Origin: Deinococcus sp.
Lineage (GTDB): Bacteria; Deinococcota; Deinococci; Deinococcales; Deinococcaceae
Assembly (NCBI GenBank): GCA_965261005.1
Contig: OZ253375.1
Span: 2,144,001 to 2,208,000, forward strand
Reading direction: 5' to 3'
DNA: 64,000 nucleotides
This document shows positions 20,678-31,896 of this stretch, one piece after another. The position numbers were made by a program, and so were the translations under genes. The notes under the pieces were generated by a model. It saw only the letters and a list, made by a program, of their open reading frames with translations, was not told the origin of the DNA and made no database searches. Positions within the stretch are counted from its first letter, which is position 1. Every line of letters begins with the position of its first letter.

Positions 20678-23600
20678 CTACACCCTCTGCGCCGCCCGCA
20701 GTTCCTTGCGCTCGCGCTTTTGGGCGTACATGCGCTCGTCGGCGACGCGCAGCAGCTCGCTGGGCGCGCTCACGTCGGTCGGGTACGAGGCCGAGCCGGC
20801 GCTGGCGTCCACCCGTTCAAAGCCGGCCTCGCGGGTGAGCCGCACCGCCTCGCGCACCCGGCCCTCCAAGCCCTCGCGCACCGCCAGCCCCGCCGAGTTC
20901 GCGTGCGCGCTGAGGACCGCGTACTCGTCGCCGCCCAGGCGGAACACCTGGTCCTCGCGCCGCAGGACCGCGCGCAGGTTGGCCGCGAAGGTCGCGATCA
21001 GGGCGTCGCCGCGTTCGTGGCCCTCGCGGTCATTCACCGCCTTGAGGCCGTCGAGGTCAATCACCAGCACGCTGTGGGGGCCGGCGCGCAACTGCTCCAG
21101 CGCCAGGTCAAAGGCGCGCCGGTTCGCCAGGCCGGTCAGCTTGTCGCCCAGCGCCGCCGCCTCCAAAGCGTGCAAGTGTTCGCGGCGCAGGGTGGCGATG
21201 TTCACGCTGCGCGCCGCCGCCCCGATCAGCGCCTTGTCGCGCTCCGTCCAGGGCGCCTTGTACAGGCGCATCCCGCTGAACAGGTAGGAAGCGCCCTCAA
21301 AGCTGACCAGCGGTACCCAGGCGCCCGCGCGCACGCCTTCTTGCAACAGCGTCGGGTGGGCCGTCACCTGCGCGGGGTAGTCGTCCACGTACAGCGCCTC
21401 GCCGCGCTCCAGGGCCGACCACAAGAGTCCCTGGCCGCGCCGAAAACCGGCCGCGACCTGCGCGTGCAGGGCCGCGCTCACGGCCGGCGAACTCCAGGCC
21501 GTGAACATGTCGGCGTGGTCGCCGCGCACCACCGCCAAGCCGCCCCAGTCCATGCCGGCACAGCGCGCCACGATCTGACTCGCCCTCAGCGCCACCTCCT
21601 CGGGCGTCAAGTCGCCTTCGGTCAGTTGGGACACGGCCGATAGGGCCGTGGCGTGTTCGGCGGCGTGGCGCAGTTCTTCCCCGAGGGCCACGCGCGCCCA
21701 CGCGCCGCACACGGCCCGCGCGGCGGCCTCCAGCACGGTGCGCTGCTCGGGCGACCACGAAGGCGCGGCGCCCGGTTCGCGCGCCGCCACCAACCAGGTG
21801 GGCGCGCGCCCGGGCTTGTCGGGCAAGGGCACGTAGGCCACGCTTCCCAAGTCGCGCCCGCCTACGCTCAGGTAGCTGGGCGTGTTCACCGCGCCCCACG
21901 GCGGATTCAGGGCCTTGAGAACGGCGTCCCAAGGGGCCTCGCCGTGACGCGCGACCACCGTGATTTCGCCCGCCTGCCACTGAACCAGGGCCAGCCACGG
22001 AATTGACAGCGCCCCCGACAGCAGCTCGAAGGCGCCCCGCGCCACGTCCCCCGAGGTATGCGCGCCCTCCAAGCGGCGCGACAAGTCGGCCAGCGTTTCG
22101 GCGGCCCTGCGGGCGGTTTCGGCCTGCTGCGCGATCAGGGCCATCTCGCTGGCCTGCGCTTCCAGGTTCCGGCGCGCCCGCGCGAGGTCGCTCACGTCCT
22201 GCACGATCACGGTGCCGCAGCGCGCCGCGCTCGCGCCACCTTGGCCCGCCGGAAAGGTGTGAATCAGGTAGCTGCGGCCGAAAAAGGTGAGTTCGCGCGT
22301 CGAAGACTCGCCGTCCAGCGCGGCGAGGTGGTCGGGCGCGATGATTTCGGCAACCTCGGGCGCAAAGATTTCGTAGACCGTGCGGCCCTCCATGCGCTCA
22401 CGGGTCAAGCCGGCGGCGGCCAGGCCCGCGCCGTCGGCGAGCAGGTAGCGCAGTTCCTCGTTGAACAGGACCACCGCGCCCTGCGGAAAGTTGGCGGCGA
22501 GGGTGCGGTAGCGCGCCTCGCGTTCGCGCAATTCGCGTTCGGTTGCCATCCGCTCGGTCAGGTCGGTGATCACGGCCAGCGCGCCGGGAAAGCCGGTTTC
22601 GCGCTGAAACGGCGCCGCCGTGACCAGCGCGGGCACGCGCTCGCCATCCGCGCGCACGAAGTCCATCTGTTCGTGGGCGGTGGCCGGCGCCGCTTGCTGG
22701 CGCGCGACGGCGGCGTGGGCGTCCGGACTTGTCACGTCGCGGGGCGTCAGGCCGATCAGTTCGGCGGGCGGACGTCCCAGCAAGCGGGCAAAGGCCAGGT
22801 TGACGTAGGTGTAGCGCGCCTCGTGGTCGGTCAGCGCCAGCCCCTCGCCCATGTGATCGAGCACCGAGCGCGCGAAGTCGCGTTCGGCGCGCAATTCGCG
22901 CTCCAGCTTTTTGCGCGCGCTGATGTCGCGCATGACCGCGACCGCGCCCAGCTGCTCGCCGCGCTCGCCGCGCACCGGGCTGGCGTTGGCCAACAGAAAG
23001 CGCGTGCCCGCGCCGGGCGGCGCCACGCTCAACTCCTCGGCGCGTACCATCTCGCCGTGCAGGGCGCGGTAAAGGGGCATCTCCTGAAACGGCATGGGCG
23101 TCACGCCGTCGGGACGGTACAGGTGGAACACGTCGGCCCACTCCTCGGGCCTCAGGTTCTCGGCCGGCGGGCCGCTGCCGTTCGCGCCGCGAAACAGCAC
23201 CAAGCGCCCTTGCGGGTCACACACCGCCAACCCCTCGGACAAGCTGCCCAGCACGGCGCTCAGAAAGCTGCGCTGCTCCTCCAGCTCTCCCAGCAAGCGC
23301 GCGCCTCTTCGCTCGGCGGGCCGGAACAGCCACAGCCCGGTGGCGAGCAAGGCGAGCAGCGTGGTGAACAGGCCCAGCGCGTCGAGGTCGTGCGCCCGGC
23401 GCAGCAAGGCCGCGCTTTGCGCCTCGGTCAGCTTGGCGGCCATGTCCAGGCGCGGCAGCAGCGTCTCGCTTTCCGCGAGCAGCGCCCCAAGGGCGTCGGG
23501 TGAGAACGGCGCGCCCGCACTGGCGATAGCCTGAACACCCCTCAGGTAGCGCGACACCTGGGCGTTCAGCGGGTCCGGGCTGTCCAGGTACAAGGCCCTG

Positions 23601-23950
23601 AGCGCCGGCGAAAGCGCGACGCCGCGCCGCAGGCTGGAGGCGGGGTCGCTCAGGTCCGCTTGGGCGCGGCGCATCTCTGAGGCGGCTCCCAGCAACGCCG
23701 CACGTTTTTGTTCCTGGGTCATCAGGGTGACCGTGGTTAGCTGCTGGGCCAAGCTAACCACGCGCTGAGACAGCATGCGCTGGCGCCCGGCCACGTTCAT
23801 GATGGCGGCGTCGTGCGCGCGCGCGGTGATGGCGTGGTCGAGGTTCAGGTAACCGCCCAGGCGCAGCGCGGCCAAGAGCAGCAGCGCCAACACGTAGGCG
23901 GAGCGAAACGACGGGTGACCCGCGCCGCGCAGGAAGCTGGAAAGCGGCAT
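20678..23950 (-). CDS. Membrane diguanylate cyclase: PilJ/NarX-like sensor, 3 PAS, GAF-like region, GGDEF
   Basis: MNVAGRQRMLSQR between two TMs; PAS/PAC ends (DIS, DLT, DVS); DKLTGLANRR, DLDGLKAVND..GH..GD, RRED I-site, GGDEY. Confidence 0.9.
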   Translation of the reverse strand: MPLSSFLRGAGHPSFRSAYVLALLLLAALRLGGYLNLDHAITARAHDAAIMNVAGRQRMLSQRVVSLAQQLTTVTLMTQEQKRAALLGAASEMRRAQADLSDPASSLRRGVALSPALRALYLDSPDPLNAQVSRYLRGVQAIASAGAPFSPDALGALLAESETLLPRLDMAAKLTEAQSAALLRRAHDLDALGLFTTLLALLATGLWLFRPAERRGARLLGELEEQRSFLSAVLGSLSEGLAVCDPQGRLVLFRGANGSGPPAENLRPEEWADVFHLYRPDGVTPMPFQEMPLYRALHGEMVRAEELSVAPPGAGTRFLLANASPVRGERGEQLGAVAVMRDISARKKLERELRAERDFARSVLDHMGEGLALTDHEARYTYVNLAFARLLGRPPAELIGLTPRDVTSPDAHAAVARQQAAPATAHEQMDFVRADGERVPALVTAAPFQRETGFPGALAVITDLTERMATERELREREARYRTLAANFPQGAVVLFNEELRYLLADGAGLAAAGLTRERMEGRTVYEIFAPEVAEIIAPDHLAALDGESSTRELTFFGRSYLIHTFPAGQGGASAARCGTVIVQDVSDLARARRNLEAQASEMALIAQQAETARRAAETLADLSRRLEGAHTSGDVARGAFELLSGALSIPWLALVQWQAGEITVVARHGEAPWDAVLKALNPPWGAVNTPSYLSVGGRDLGSVAYVPLPDKPGRAPTWLVAAREPGAAPSWSPEQRTVLEAAARAVCGAWARVALGEELRHAAEHATALSAVSQLTEGDLTPEEVALRASQIVARCAGMDWGGLAVVRGDHADMFTAWSSPAVSAALHAQVAAGFRRGQGLLWSALERGEALYVDDYPAQVTAHPTLLQEGVRAGAWVPLVSFEGASYLFSGMRLYKAPWTERDKALIGAAARSVNIATLRREHLHALEAAALGDKLTGLANRRAFDLALEQLRAGPHSVLVIDLDGLKAVNDREGHERGDALIATFAANLRAVLRREDQVFRLGGDEYAVLSAHANSAGLAVREGLEGRVREAVRLTREAGFERVDASAGSASYPTDVSAPSELLRVADERMYAQKRERKELRAAQRV

Positions 23951-24115
23951 GCCCGTACAGTAAAGTCGCCGGTCTTACAGCTTTCTTATTGGTCTCTGCG
24001 TAAGTACACCGTTAACCAAGATTTGCACCACATAAGCAAGCTCTTCCTGAATCTTTGCGCCCCGCCCCGCCCGAGAGCTGGGGGTGAAGGGTCCCACCAG
24101 TAAGCTCGAAGAACA

Positions 24116-24338
24116 CCTGGGCGAACTCGGCACTGAAGTTGATGCACCAGGTGCGGATGGACTCGTGGGTGACCGTGATTCCACGCTCAAAGAGCAATTC
24201 CTCGACATCTCGGTAGCTCAGGGTGAAGCGGTGATAGAGCCAAACGGCATACCCGATCACGGCGAGAGGAAATCGGTAGCCCGGAAGTTTCTGATCACTC
24301 AGCACCGTGTCACCCTACCCCATCAACTTGCCAGAACC
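24116..24338 (-). mobile_element. IS6-family remnant (one IR plus 5' end of transposase)
   Basis: IR AACTTGCCAGAACC at 24325-24338; GYRFP..VIGYAVWLYHRFTLSYRDVEELLFERGI; 223 bp with 2 mismatches to 25522-25744. Confidence 0.92.
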
Positions 24339-24371
24339 GTCTCTGCTCCTCCGATGTCTTATTATAGCGTC

Positions 24372-24400
24372 TTGCTATTTATATAGCATTATGCTATGAT
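24372..24400 (+). promoter_or_regulatory. higBA promoter with overlapping operator palindromes
   Basis: TTGCTA-17bp-TATGAT with TGn extension; TGCTAT-N4-ATAGCA and ATAGCA-N3-TGCTAT; ATG 5 nt downstream. Confidence 0.75.
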
Positions 24401-24405
24401 TGGTC

Positions 24406-24717
24406 ATGCGCGTCCTCACCCGCCCAACCCTCACTGCATTCTGGTCCAAGGATCAAAAGGCCCAGAAGCCGCTGGAGGACTGGTACAACGCGCTCCTGAA
24501 AGGCACTTTCCCCGACTTTGTCAGTCTCAAGGGAAGTTTTGACAGTGTAGACCGGGTTTTGGACCCTCACGACCCGCTCGCCTGGCACATCTTCGACGTG
24601 GGCGGAAACAAGTACCGCGTGGTTACGAAGATCAGCTACACCGGGCAGATCGCGTGGATCAAGTACGTGTTCACGCACAAGGAATACGACCGCTGGAATA
24701 AGCAGGGGCGACCCTGA
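24406..24717 (+). CDS. higB: HigB-family toxin (RelE-superfamily mRNA interferase)
   Basis: MRVLTRPTL..FW, L.DWY, IFDVGGNKYRVV, THKEYDR; toxin-first gene order. Confidence 0.9.
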   Translation: MRVLTRPTLTAFWSKDQKAQKPLEDWYNALLKGTFPDFVSLKGSFDSVDRVLDPHDPLAWHIFDVGGNKYRVVTKISYTGQIAWIKYVFTHKEYDRWNKQGRP

Positions 24718-24718
24718 G

Positions 24719-25150
24719 ATGGAGAGAGACATGACGACCACTGTAGATTTTGAAGAGACCGTACACCTCTGGCAGCGCCTCGACGAGGTAGCGCACCCGC
24801 TGCTCGTCCCACTGGAGACGAAAGCACAATACGAGGCCACGCTGCGCTTCAGCGAGCAACTCGGCAGCGTGGTGGGCGAGAACGCGGACAGCCCGCTCCT
24901 GCCACTCCTGAATCTCGTCGTGGACCGCATCGTGGCCTACGAGGATAGGCACTACCCTATTCCTGACACGGCCCCGCACGAGATGCTGGAATTTTTTATG
25001 GGCCAGCATGGCCTCAAACAAAAGGACCTCGCGGACATCGCGCCTCAGAGCGTCGTGAGCGAACTCCTGAGCGGCAAGCGCAAGATCAATGCGCGGATTG
25101 CCAAGGCTCTCGGGGAACGCTTCAAGGTCAGCCCGGTAATGTTCCTGTAA
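24719..25150 (+). CDS. higA: HigA-family antitoxin (XRE HTH)
   Basis: YEDRHYPIP..PHEMLEFFMGQHGLKQKDL...QSVVSELLSGKRKIN...LGERFKVSP. Confidence 0.9.
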   Translation: MERDMTTTVDFEETVHLWQRLDEVAHPLLVPLETKAQYEATLRFSEQLGSVVGENADSPLLPLLNLVVDRIVAYEDRHYPIPDTAPHEMLEFFMGQHGLKQKDLADIAPQSVVSELLSGKRKINARIAKALGERFKVSPVMFL

Positions 25151-25186
25151 GCCGATCTGTCCGCAAATCACCCGTCTCTGGCAGGC

Positions 25187-25744
25187 GGTTCTGGCAAGTT
25201 GTCGAAGGCTGGGCACAGCTGAGGAGGAGTCAGCGCAGGTGGCCTGAAGGTCAGGCCACCTGCTGCACGACAACGTTCCAGGTCTGGAGGGCTTGCCGAA
25301 GTTTTTGGCGTCGATGGTGCGCGGGAACGGTGCTGCGGGCGGGGTGGTGAAGGAGAACCGCTTAACGGCTTCGGTGTCGCGGCGTTCCTGTAGGAGAACG
25401 TCGAGAACCTGATCATGTTCATCCACGGCCCGCCAGAGCCAGTGTTTAACTCCACCGACCTTGACTTGCACCTCGTCGAGATGCCATTGGGAGCCTCGTC
25501 GGGGTTCCTGATGGCGGAGACCCTGGGCGAACTCGGCACTGAAGTTGATGTACCAGGTGCGGATGGACTCGTGGGTGACCGTGATTCCACGCTCAAAGAG
25601 CAATTCCTCGACATCTCGGTAGCTCAGGGTGAAGCGGTGACAGAGCCAAACGGCATACCCGATCACGGCGAGAGGAAATCGGTAGCCCGGAAGTTTCTGA
25701 TCACTCAGCACCGTGTCACCCTACCCCATCAACTTGCCAGAACC
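25187..25744 (-). mobile_element. Internally deleted IS6-family element with both IRs (558 bp)
   Basis: 14-bp IRs GGTTCTGGCAAGTT (25187-25200) / AACTTGCCAGAACC (25731-25744); transposase runs to WHLDE...LWRAVD...AVKRF then jumps to the C-terminal tail in another frame. Confidence 0.9.
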
Positions 25745-25769
25745 AGCTAGGGGTCGGTGAACGGTGGAA

Positions 25770-26306
25770 TCACAGTTTCAGCATGGCCGCGTAGACCCGC
25801 GCGGTCGCGCGGGCGTCCTCCAGGGCGTCGTGGGCCTGAAACTCGACGCCGAAGTGGGCGGCGAGGCTGCCCAAGCTGGTGTCCAGGGTTTTCGGCAGCG
25901 TACCCTTGTGAATCAAAAATTGCGCGGCCACCTTGGTGTCGGCCACGCCGCCCAGCATCAGCTCGTGGTAGTCGGGCAGCAGCGTCATCAGAAAGCGCAC
26001 GTCGAACTGGACGTTGTGCCCGCCCAGCATCACCCGCTTTTTGCGCTTGAATTGCAGGTAAGCGCGCAGCTCGCTGGCGGCCACCTCCTTTTCCCGCGCG
26101 TGTTCGTGGTGGACGGTCAGCTCGATGCCGTTGACCTTGAGCGCCGCCGCCTCCACCCGGTAGGGAGAATCGCGCACCCGGATCAGCTCCGGGCGCGTCA
26201 CCTCGCCCGTCTTGGTATCGAGCGTGATGAGGCCGACGGTCAGCAGCGAGTGGCGCCCGGGGTCGGTGCCGCCGGTCTCGGTGTCCACAAAGATCAGGGA
26301 AGCCAT
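25770..26306 (-). CDS. DEDDh 3'-5' exonuclease (DnaQ-like)
   Basis: [21 protein letters not shown]. Confidence 0.92.
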   Translation of the reverse strand: MASLIFVDTETGGTDPGRHSLLTVGLITLDTKTGEVTRPELIRVRDSPYRVEAAALKVNGIELTVHHEHAREKEVAASELRAYLQFKRKKRVMLGGHNVQFDVRFLMTLLPDYHELMLGGVADTKVAAQFLIHKGTLPKTLDTSLGSLAAHFGVEFQAHDALEDARATARVYAAMLKL

Positions 26307-26339
26307 GCACCATTGTGCGCCCCCGCTATACTTCCCGCC

Positions 26340-27760
<1,421 letters not shown>

Positions 27761-27764
<4 letters not shown>

Positions 27765-28396
27765 GGTTTGCCCCTGCCCTCGCCGCGCGCTTGGCCCTTT
27801 TGGCCGTACCTGTTTTGATCGCCCTAAGCCTGCTGTACGCCGCCGCCTCGCTGTGGCAGGACGGCCTGAACTTTTTCGCGGTGTGGGGTACCATCGCCGC
27901 GCTGTTGACGGCGGCGCTGCTGTGGTTTCAGCTGACCCTCTTGCGCGCGCTGTTTTCGGGGCGGGGCGTCGGCGAGCAGAGTTCGGCGTTGCGCGCCTAC
28001 CGCGCCCTGTTTCCCTGGGTGCTGGGCGTCAGCGGCGCGCAACTCGCGCTGTACCTGCTGGCCTTTGTGCTCTTGAGCGCGCCGGAGGGGGCGCCCAACC
28101 CGATTGCCGCGCTGCTGTTCGCGGTCGGCTGGGGCGCCTCGCTGTACGCTTCGTACTTCGTCTACGTCACCCTGGCGCGAACCGCGCTTTCGCCGGGGGA
28201 CGCCGGGCGGCGCGCCGCGCTGCGCGAGTGGCTGTGGCGCAGCCTGATCGCGGGGGCGGTGTTCTACGCCATGAACGTGCAAACAACCTTTCAGGGCGGC
28301 TGGACCTGGCCCCACATGTTGCCCAACCTGCTGTACGTGTTCGTCGCGCTGCTCGACTTGGCCGTGACCGCCCTGACGCTTCAGGCCGTGCGTTAG
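27761..28396 (+). CDS. Multi-pass membrane protein of unknown function
   Basis: About 6 hydrophobic helices; GTGA overlap with gatB stop. Confidence 0.7.
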
Positions 28397-28446
28397 AGTG
28401 GGGCCGGCTTTTTAGAACATTTTCTAGAAGTCTCAGGAGGCTCACT

Positions 28447-29367
28447 ATGCTCGTCACCGGATCAGAAGTGTTGGTGCCCGCCCGCGCGGGCGGCTACGGC
28501 GTCGGCTCGTTCAACACCAACGACATGGAGATCACCCAGGCCATCGTCCACACCGCCGAGCAGCTCCAGAGTCCGGTGATGGTGCAGATTTCCGAGGGCG
28601 CCCTCAAGTACGGCGGCAAGGACCTGGTGAACTTGACCCTGGACGTGGCGGGGCGCGCCCGCGTGCCGGTCGCCCTGCACCTCGACCACGGCTCCAGTTA
28701 CGAGAGCGCCCTCAGCGCCATTCGCCTCGGCTTTACCAGCGTCATGATCGACGCCAGCCACCATCCCTTCGAGGAGAACGCCCGCGAAACGCGCCGGGTG
28801 GTGGAGGCCGCGCACGCGATGGGCGTGACGGTCGAGGCCGAGATCGGGCGCCTGGGCGGCATCGAGGAGCACATCGTCGTGTCCGAGGAGGACGCCTTCC
28901 TCACCAACCCCGAGGAGGCCCAGCGCTTCGTGGAGGCGACCGGCTGCGACTATCTGGCCGTCGCCATCGGCACCTCGCACGGCGCCTACAAAGGGAAGGG
29001 CCGCCCCTTTATCGACCAGGCGCGCATCGAGCGGGTGAGCAAGCTGCTCTCCATTCCCTTGGTCGCGCACGGATCGAGCGGGGTGCCGGAGAGCGTCGTG
29101 GCCCGGCTGCGCGCGGCGGGCGGCCAGATCGGCGAGGCGCAGGGCATCGCCGACGACGATCTGCGCGAGGCCGTCCGGCACGGCGTCTCCAAGGTGAACG
29201 TGGACACCGACTTGCGCCTGGCCATGACGGTCGGCATCCGCGAGGCCCTGCAAAAAAATCCCCAGGAATTCGACCCGCGCAAGATTTTGGGGCCGGCGCG
29301 CGACCTGATGGGCGAGATCGTGCGGCTGAAAGTGGGGGTGCTTGGCTCGGTCGGCAAGGCGGGCTGA
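28447..29367 (+). CDS. fba: Class II fructose-1,6-bisphosphate aldolase
   Basis: LHLDHG, FTSVMIDAS, VEAEIG, GTSHGAYK, AHGSSG, KVNVDTDLR; AGGAGG RBS. Confidence 0.96.
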   Translation: MLVTGSEVLVPARAGGYGVGSFNTNDMEITQAIVHTAEQLQSPVMVQISEGALKYGGKDLVNLTLDVAGRARVPVALHLDHGSSYESALSAIRLGFTSVMIDASHHPFEENARETRRVVEAAHAMGVTVEAEIGRLGGIEEHIVVSEEDAFLTNPEEAQRFVEATGCDYLAVAIGTSHGAYKGKGRPFIDQARIERVSKLLSIPLVAHGSSGVPESVVARLRAAGGQIGEAQGIADDDLREAVRHGVSKVNVDTDLRLAMTVGIREALQKNPQEFDPRKILGPARDLMGEIVRLKVGVLGSVGKAG

Positions 29368-29391
29368 ACACGGTTCGGGCGTCATATGACG

Positions 29392-29429
29392 GGCGGGTGA
29401 GAGCGGCGCGCCCGCTTTTCTCACCCGCC
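29392..29429 (+). terminator. Hairpin after fba
   Basis: GGCGGGTGAGA / TCTCACCCGCC inverted repeat. Confidence 0.6.
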
Positions 29430-29453
29430 GTGGGTATGCTCTGACTCGCCACG

Positions 29454-30173
29454 ATGACCCTTTCCCTCCGCTCTTTCCGCGTGCTGTTTGGCGCCGCCGT
29501 ATTGAGCGTGGCCCTCGCCCAAAGCGACCTGAGGTCGCGCCTCACGGCCATGCTGCCCAACAGCAGCCCGCAGAGCGTCGAGCTGCTGGAGTGGCAGGCC
29601 AACGACGAGATCGTCGCCATTCGCGACCGCATCTTGCAGGCCCAGCGCGCCGATCCGCGCTGGTTTCGCGCCTACGAGGACGCCCACGCGGGCGAGGACG
29701 TGCTGCCGTGGCACCCCAAGTTTGGCGTGACGCCGGGCGACTACCAAAAGTACCTGAGCGCCGACCGGGGCAGCTTTGTCAAGACCGGCCGGGTGACCAA
29801 CCTGCTGCTCGACAAGCTGGGCAACAAGATCATCTTTCGCGGCGGTAGCGGCATCGAGGCGTTGCGCGGGTTGCTGCTCGACGTGGTCAGCGGCGAACTG
29901 CAACTGCCCGAGGGCTTCAAGGCCATGCCGGAGCCGGTCAGCGTGAACGTCCGCAGCGCCGGCCTCGCCCCGCGCAGGGGGTACGCTTGGCACATGGAGG
30001 GGGCCGACACGACCAACAAGCTGGTGCTGCGCGCCCAATTGTCGCTGCTGCGCTTCGACGACGGCTCGGTGCTGCTGAGCTACAACCGGGTCAGCGCTAA
30101 AAACGGCAAGCGGCTGCCCAGCGTGGACGTGAACGTGCTCTACGACAAAAAGGCGGAGGTGTCCAAGCGGTGA
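29454..30173 (+). CDS. Secreted hypothetical protein
   Basis: Signal peptide (ALA|QS); GC-rich third codon positions. Confidence 0.75.
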   Translation: MTLSLRSFRVLFGAAVLSVALAQSDLRSRLTAMLPNSSPQSVELLEWQANDEIVAIRDRILQAQRADPRWFRAYEDAHAGEDVLPWHPKFGVTPGDYQKYLSADRGSFVKTGRVTNLLLDKLGNKIIFRGGSGIEALRGLLLDVVSGELQLPEGFKAMPEPVSVNVRSAGLAPRRGYAWHMEGADTTNKLVLRAQLSLLRFDDGSVLLSYNRVSAKNGKRLPSVDVNVLYDKKAEVSKR

Positions 30174-30415
30174 TCTCTTGGCGCGATGTGGAGGCGCGCC
30201 TCGGCCTGGACGCCCTGCCCGGCTTTCACCGCGACTTTTTGGCGTGGCGCGGGGTGGAGGGCGCCGCCGACATGCCACTGCGGCGCGTGCAGCAGCGGGT
30301 CGAAAGCGAGCTGAACCGCCTGGTGCAGGCGGGTCAGGCCGAGCGGCAAGCGGGCGACTGGCTGCTCGCTGACGGCGCCTTGGCGGGATTCACGGCGGCG
30401 CAGCCTTATCTCTGA
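30170..30415 (+). CDS. Small hypothetical protein (81 aa)
   Basis: GTGA overlap with upstream stop; plausible codon usage. Confidence 0.65.
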   Translation: MISWRDVEARLGLDALPGFHRDFLAWRGVEGAADMPLRRVQQRVESELNRLVQAGQAERQAGDWLLADGALAGFTAAQPYL

Positions 30416-31830
30416 TTCCTATTCCTGAACTCTGGCCGGGCCAGCAGCAGGGCGCCGGCGCCCCAGCAGCCGCCCAGCAGCCACAGCACAAAGGCGAGCG
30501 GCGGGACGCTCAGGGCGGCGGCAAAGGCGCTCAGGCCGATCAAGGCGCCCAGCGTGTCCGGCAGCGGCAGGCGCAAGGTGCGGCTGATGGCCCGTCCGGC
30601 GTCGTACAAGCTGACGGTCAGCCCGACGCTGAGGGCCAGCAGGGCCAGCACGGCGCCCACAAAGGCGGGCACCAGAAAACCGCTCAGGGCGCCCAGCGCC
30701 AGGGGCGGCGCGAGGAGGCCGAAGACCAGGATGCCCAGCGCCAAGGTTTGCAGCGGCGCCCGGCGCTGCCGCCGGGCCAGCAGCGGCGCCGCGCCGCCCA
30801 CGAAGAGGAGCAGCGTGAGGGCGCCCAGCGCCGCCACGTAGACGCGCGCCCACGCCGCCCCGCCGAGCCAGGCCAGCAGCGGCTGAAACGCGCTGGCGGT
30901 GCCCAAGGCGGGGAGGGGCTGGGTCGTCTGGAAGCGAGCCGTGCCCGGGCCATGCACCTCGCCGAGCAGGGCGCTTTGGCGGCCCGCCACCCGCGCGCCT
31001 TTTTCCGCGTCCACGTCGCCCAGAAAGGCGATTACCTGTCCCCCCACCCGCGCGCCGGGGCGCAGCTCCACGTTGCCGCCCAGGGCGACCACGTTGCCGC
31101 TGACGGGGCGGTCCACAATCACGTCGCCGCCCAGCCGCACCAGGTCGCCGCCGGCGTTGCCGTCGAACAAGCTCCACAGCGAGGGCACCATCAAACCGAG
31201 GGCCAGCGCAAAGGCGAGCGACGCCGAGCGCTGCACCTGCGCGCTGGGGCGCCACGTCACCAGCGCGCAGGACACCAGCAGCAGCGCGAAGCCGACGAAC
31301 ACGGTGGGCGACAGCTGCGACAACAGGCCGCGCAACACGGCGCTGCCGGTCGCCAGGTTGGGCCAAGCGAAGGAGGCGGTCAGAACCGCAAAGGCGACCA
31401 CCAAACCGGCGGCCAGCAGCGCCGGGGCCGGATTGTGGCGGGCCTCACGGCTTATGCGCGCGCCGACGAGGCCGGCCACGCTGTGGGGCAGACCTGCTTG
31501 CGGCAAGGCGCGCAACAAGCCGCCCAGCGCGCTCTCCCCCGCATCCTGGGCCACCCGCGCCGCCACCCGCGCGGCCACGCTGGGGGCGGGCGGGACGGGG
31601 GCAGCTTGCAAGTGCTGCGAGATGGCGATGTCGCGGACCACCTCGCGCGCGAGGCCAGCTGGGGGCGCCTCTCTGGGCAAACGGCCCAGCAGCGCCTGGG
31701 CGCGGCGGAGGCGTTCGAACTCGATTCGGCGTGCGGCGTCCTTGAGGGCCGCGTCCAGCTCGGCGCGCTTTTCGGGCGCCAGCTCGCCGTCAAGGGCCGC
31801 GCGCAGCAAGTCGGGCCAGGGCGTGCTCAC
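30406..31830 (-). CDS. Putative membrane anti-sigma factor with bactofilin-like (polymer-forming) beta-helix region
   Basis: N-terminal LRAALDGELAPE..AELDA.L anti-sigma-like motif; repeated GDLVRLGGDV/GNVVALGGNV units; many TMs; follows ECF gene. Confidence 0.75.
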   Translation of the reverse strand: MSTPWPDLLRAALDGELAPEKRAELDAALKDAARRIEFERLRRAQALLGRLPREAPPAGLAREVVRDIAISQHLQAAPVPPAPSVAARVAARVAQDAGESALGGLLRALPQAGLPHSVAGLVGARISREARHNPAPALLAAGLVVAFAVLTASFAWPNLATGSAVLRGLLSQLSPTVFVGFALLLVSCALVTWRPSAQVQRSASLAFALALGLMVPSLWSLFDGNAGGDLVRLGGDVIVDRPVSGNVVALGGNVELRPGARVGGQVIAFLGDVDAEKGARVAGRQSALLGEVHGPGTARFQTTQPLPALGTASAFQPLLAWLGGAAWARVYVAALGALTLLLFVGGAAPLLARRQRRAPLQTLALGILVFGLLAPPLALGALSGFLVPAFVGAVLALLALSVGLTVSLYDAGRAISRTLRLPLPDTLGALIGLSAFAAALSVPPLAFVLWLLGGCWGAGALLLARPEFRNRNQR

Positions 31831-31848
31831 CGGGATTCACCTCCTCTC

Positions 31849-31887
31849 TCTCCCTCGCCCCTTGCGGGAGAGGGCCGGGGTGAGGGG
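31849..31887. repeat. REP-like GC-rich palindromic unit
   Basis: TCTCCCTCGCCCCTTGCGGGAGAGGGCCGGGGTGAGGGG between ECF sigma and anti-sigma genes. Confidence 0.6.
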
Positions 31888-31896
31888 TAGTGTTGG

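Noticed and set aside
24671..25711. 346-aa ORF as a full IS6 transposase
   Set aside because: Only the first ~118 aa are transposase; after the deletion junction it reads out of frame through the IR and antisense to higA
25764..26339. N-terminal extensions in the ORF track for gatB (also fba, pfkA, der, the exonuclease and the zinc enzyme)
   Set aside because: They overlap neighbouring genes; starts were reset using family N-termini, SD or -10 position
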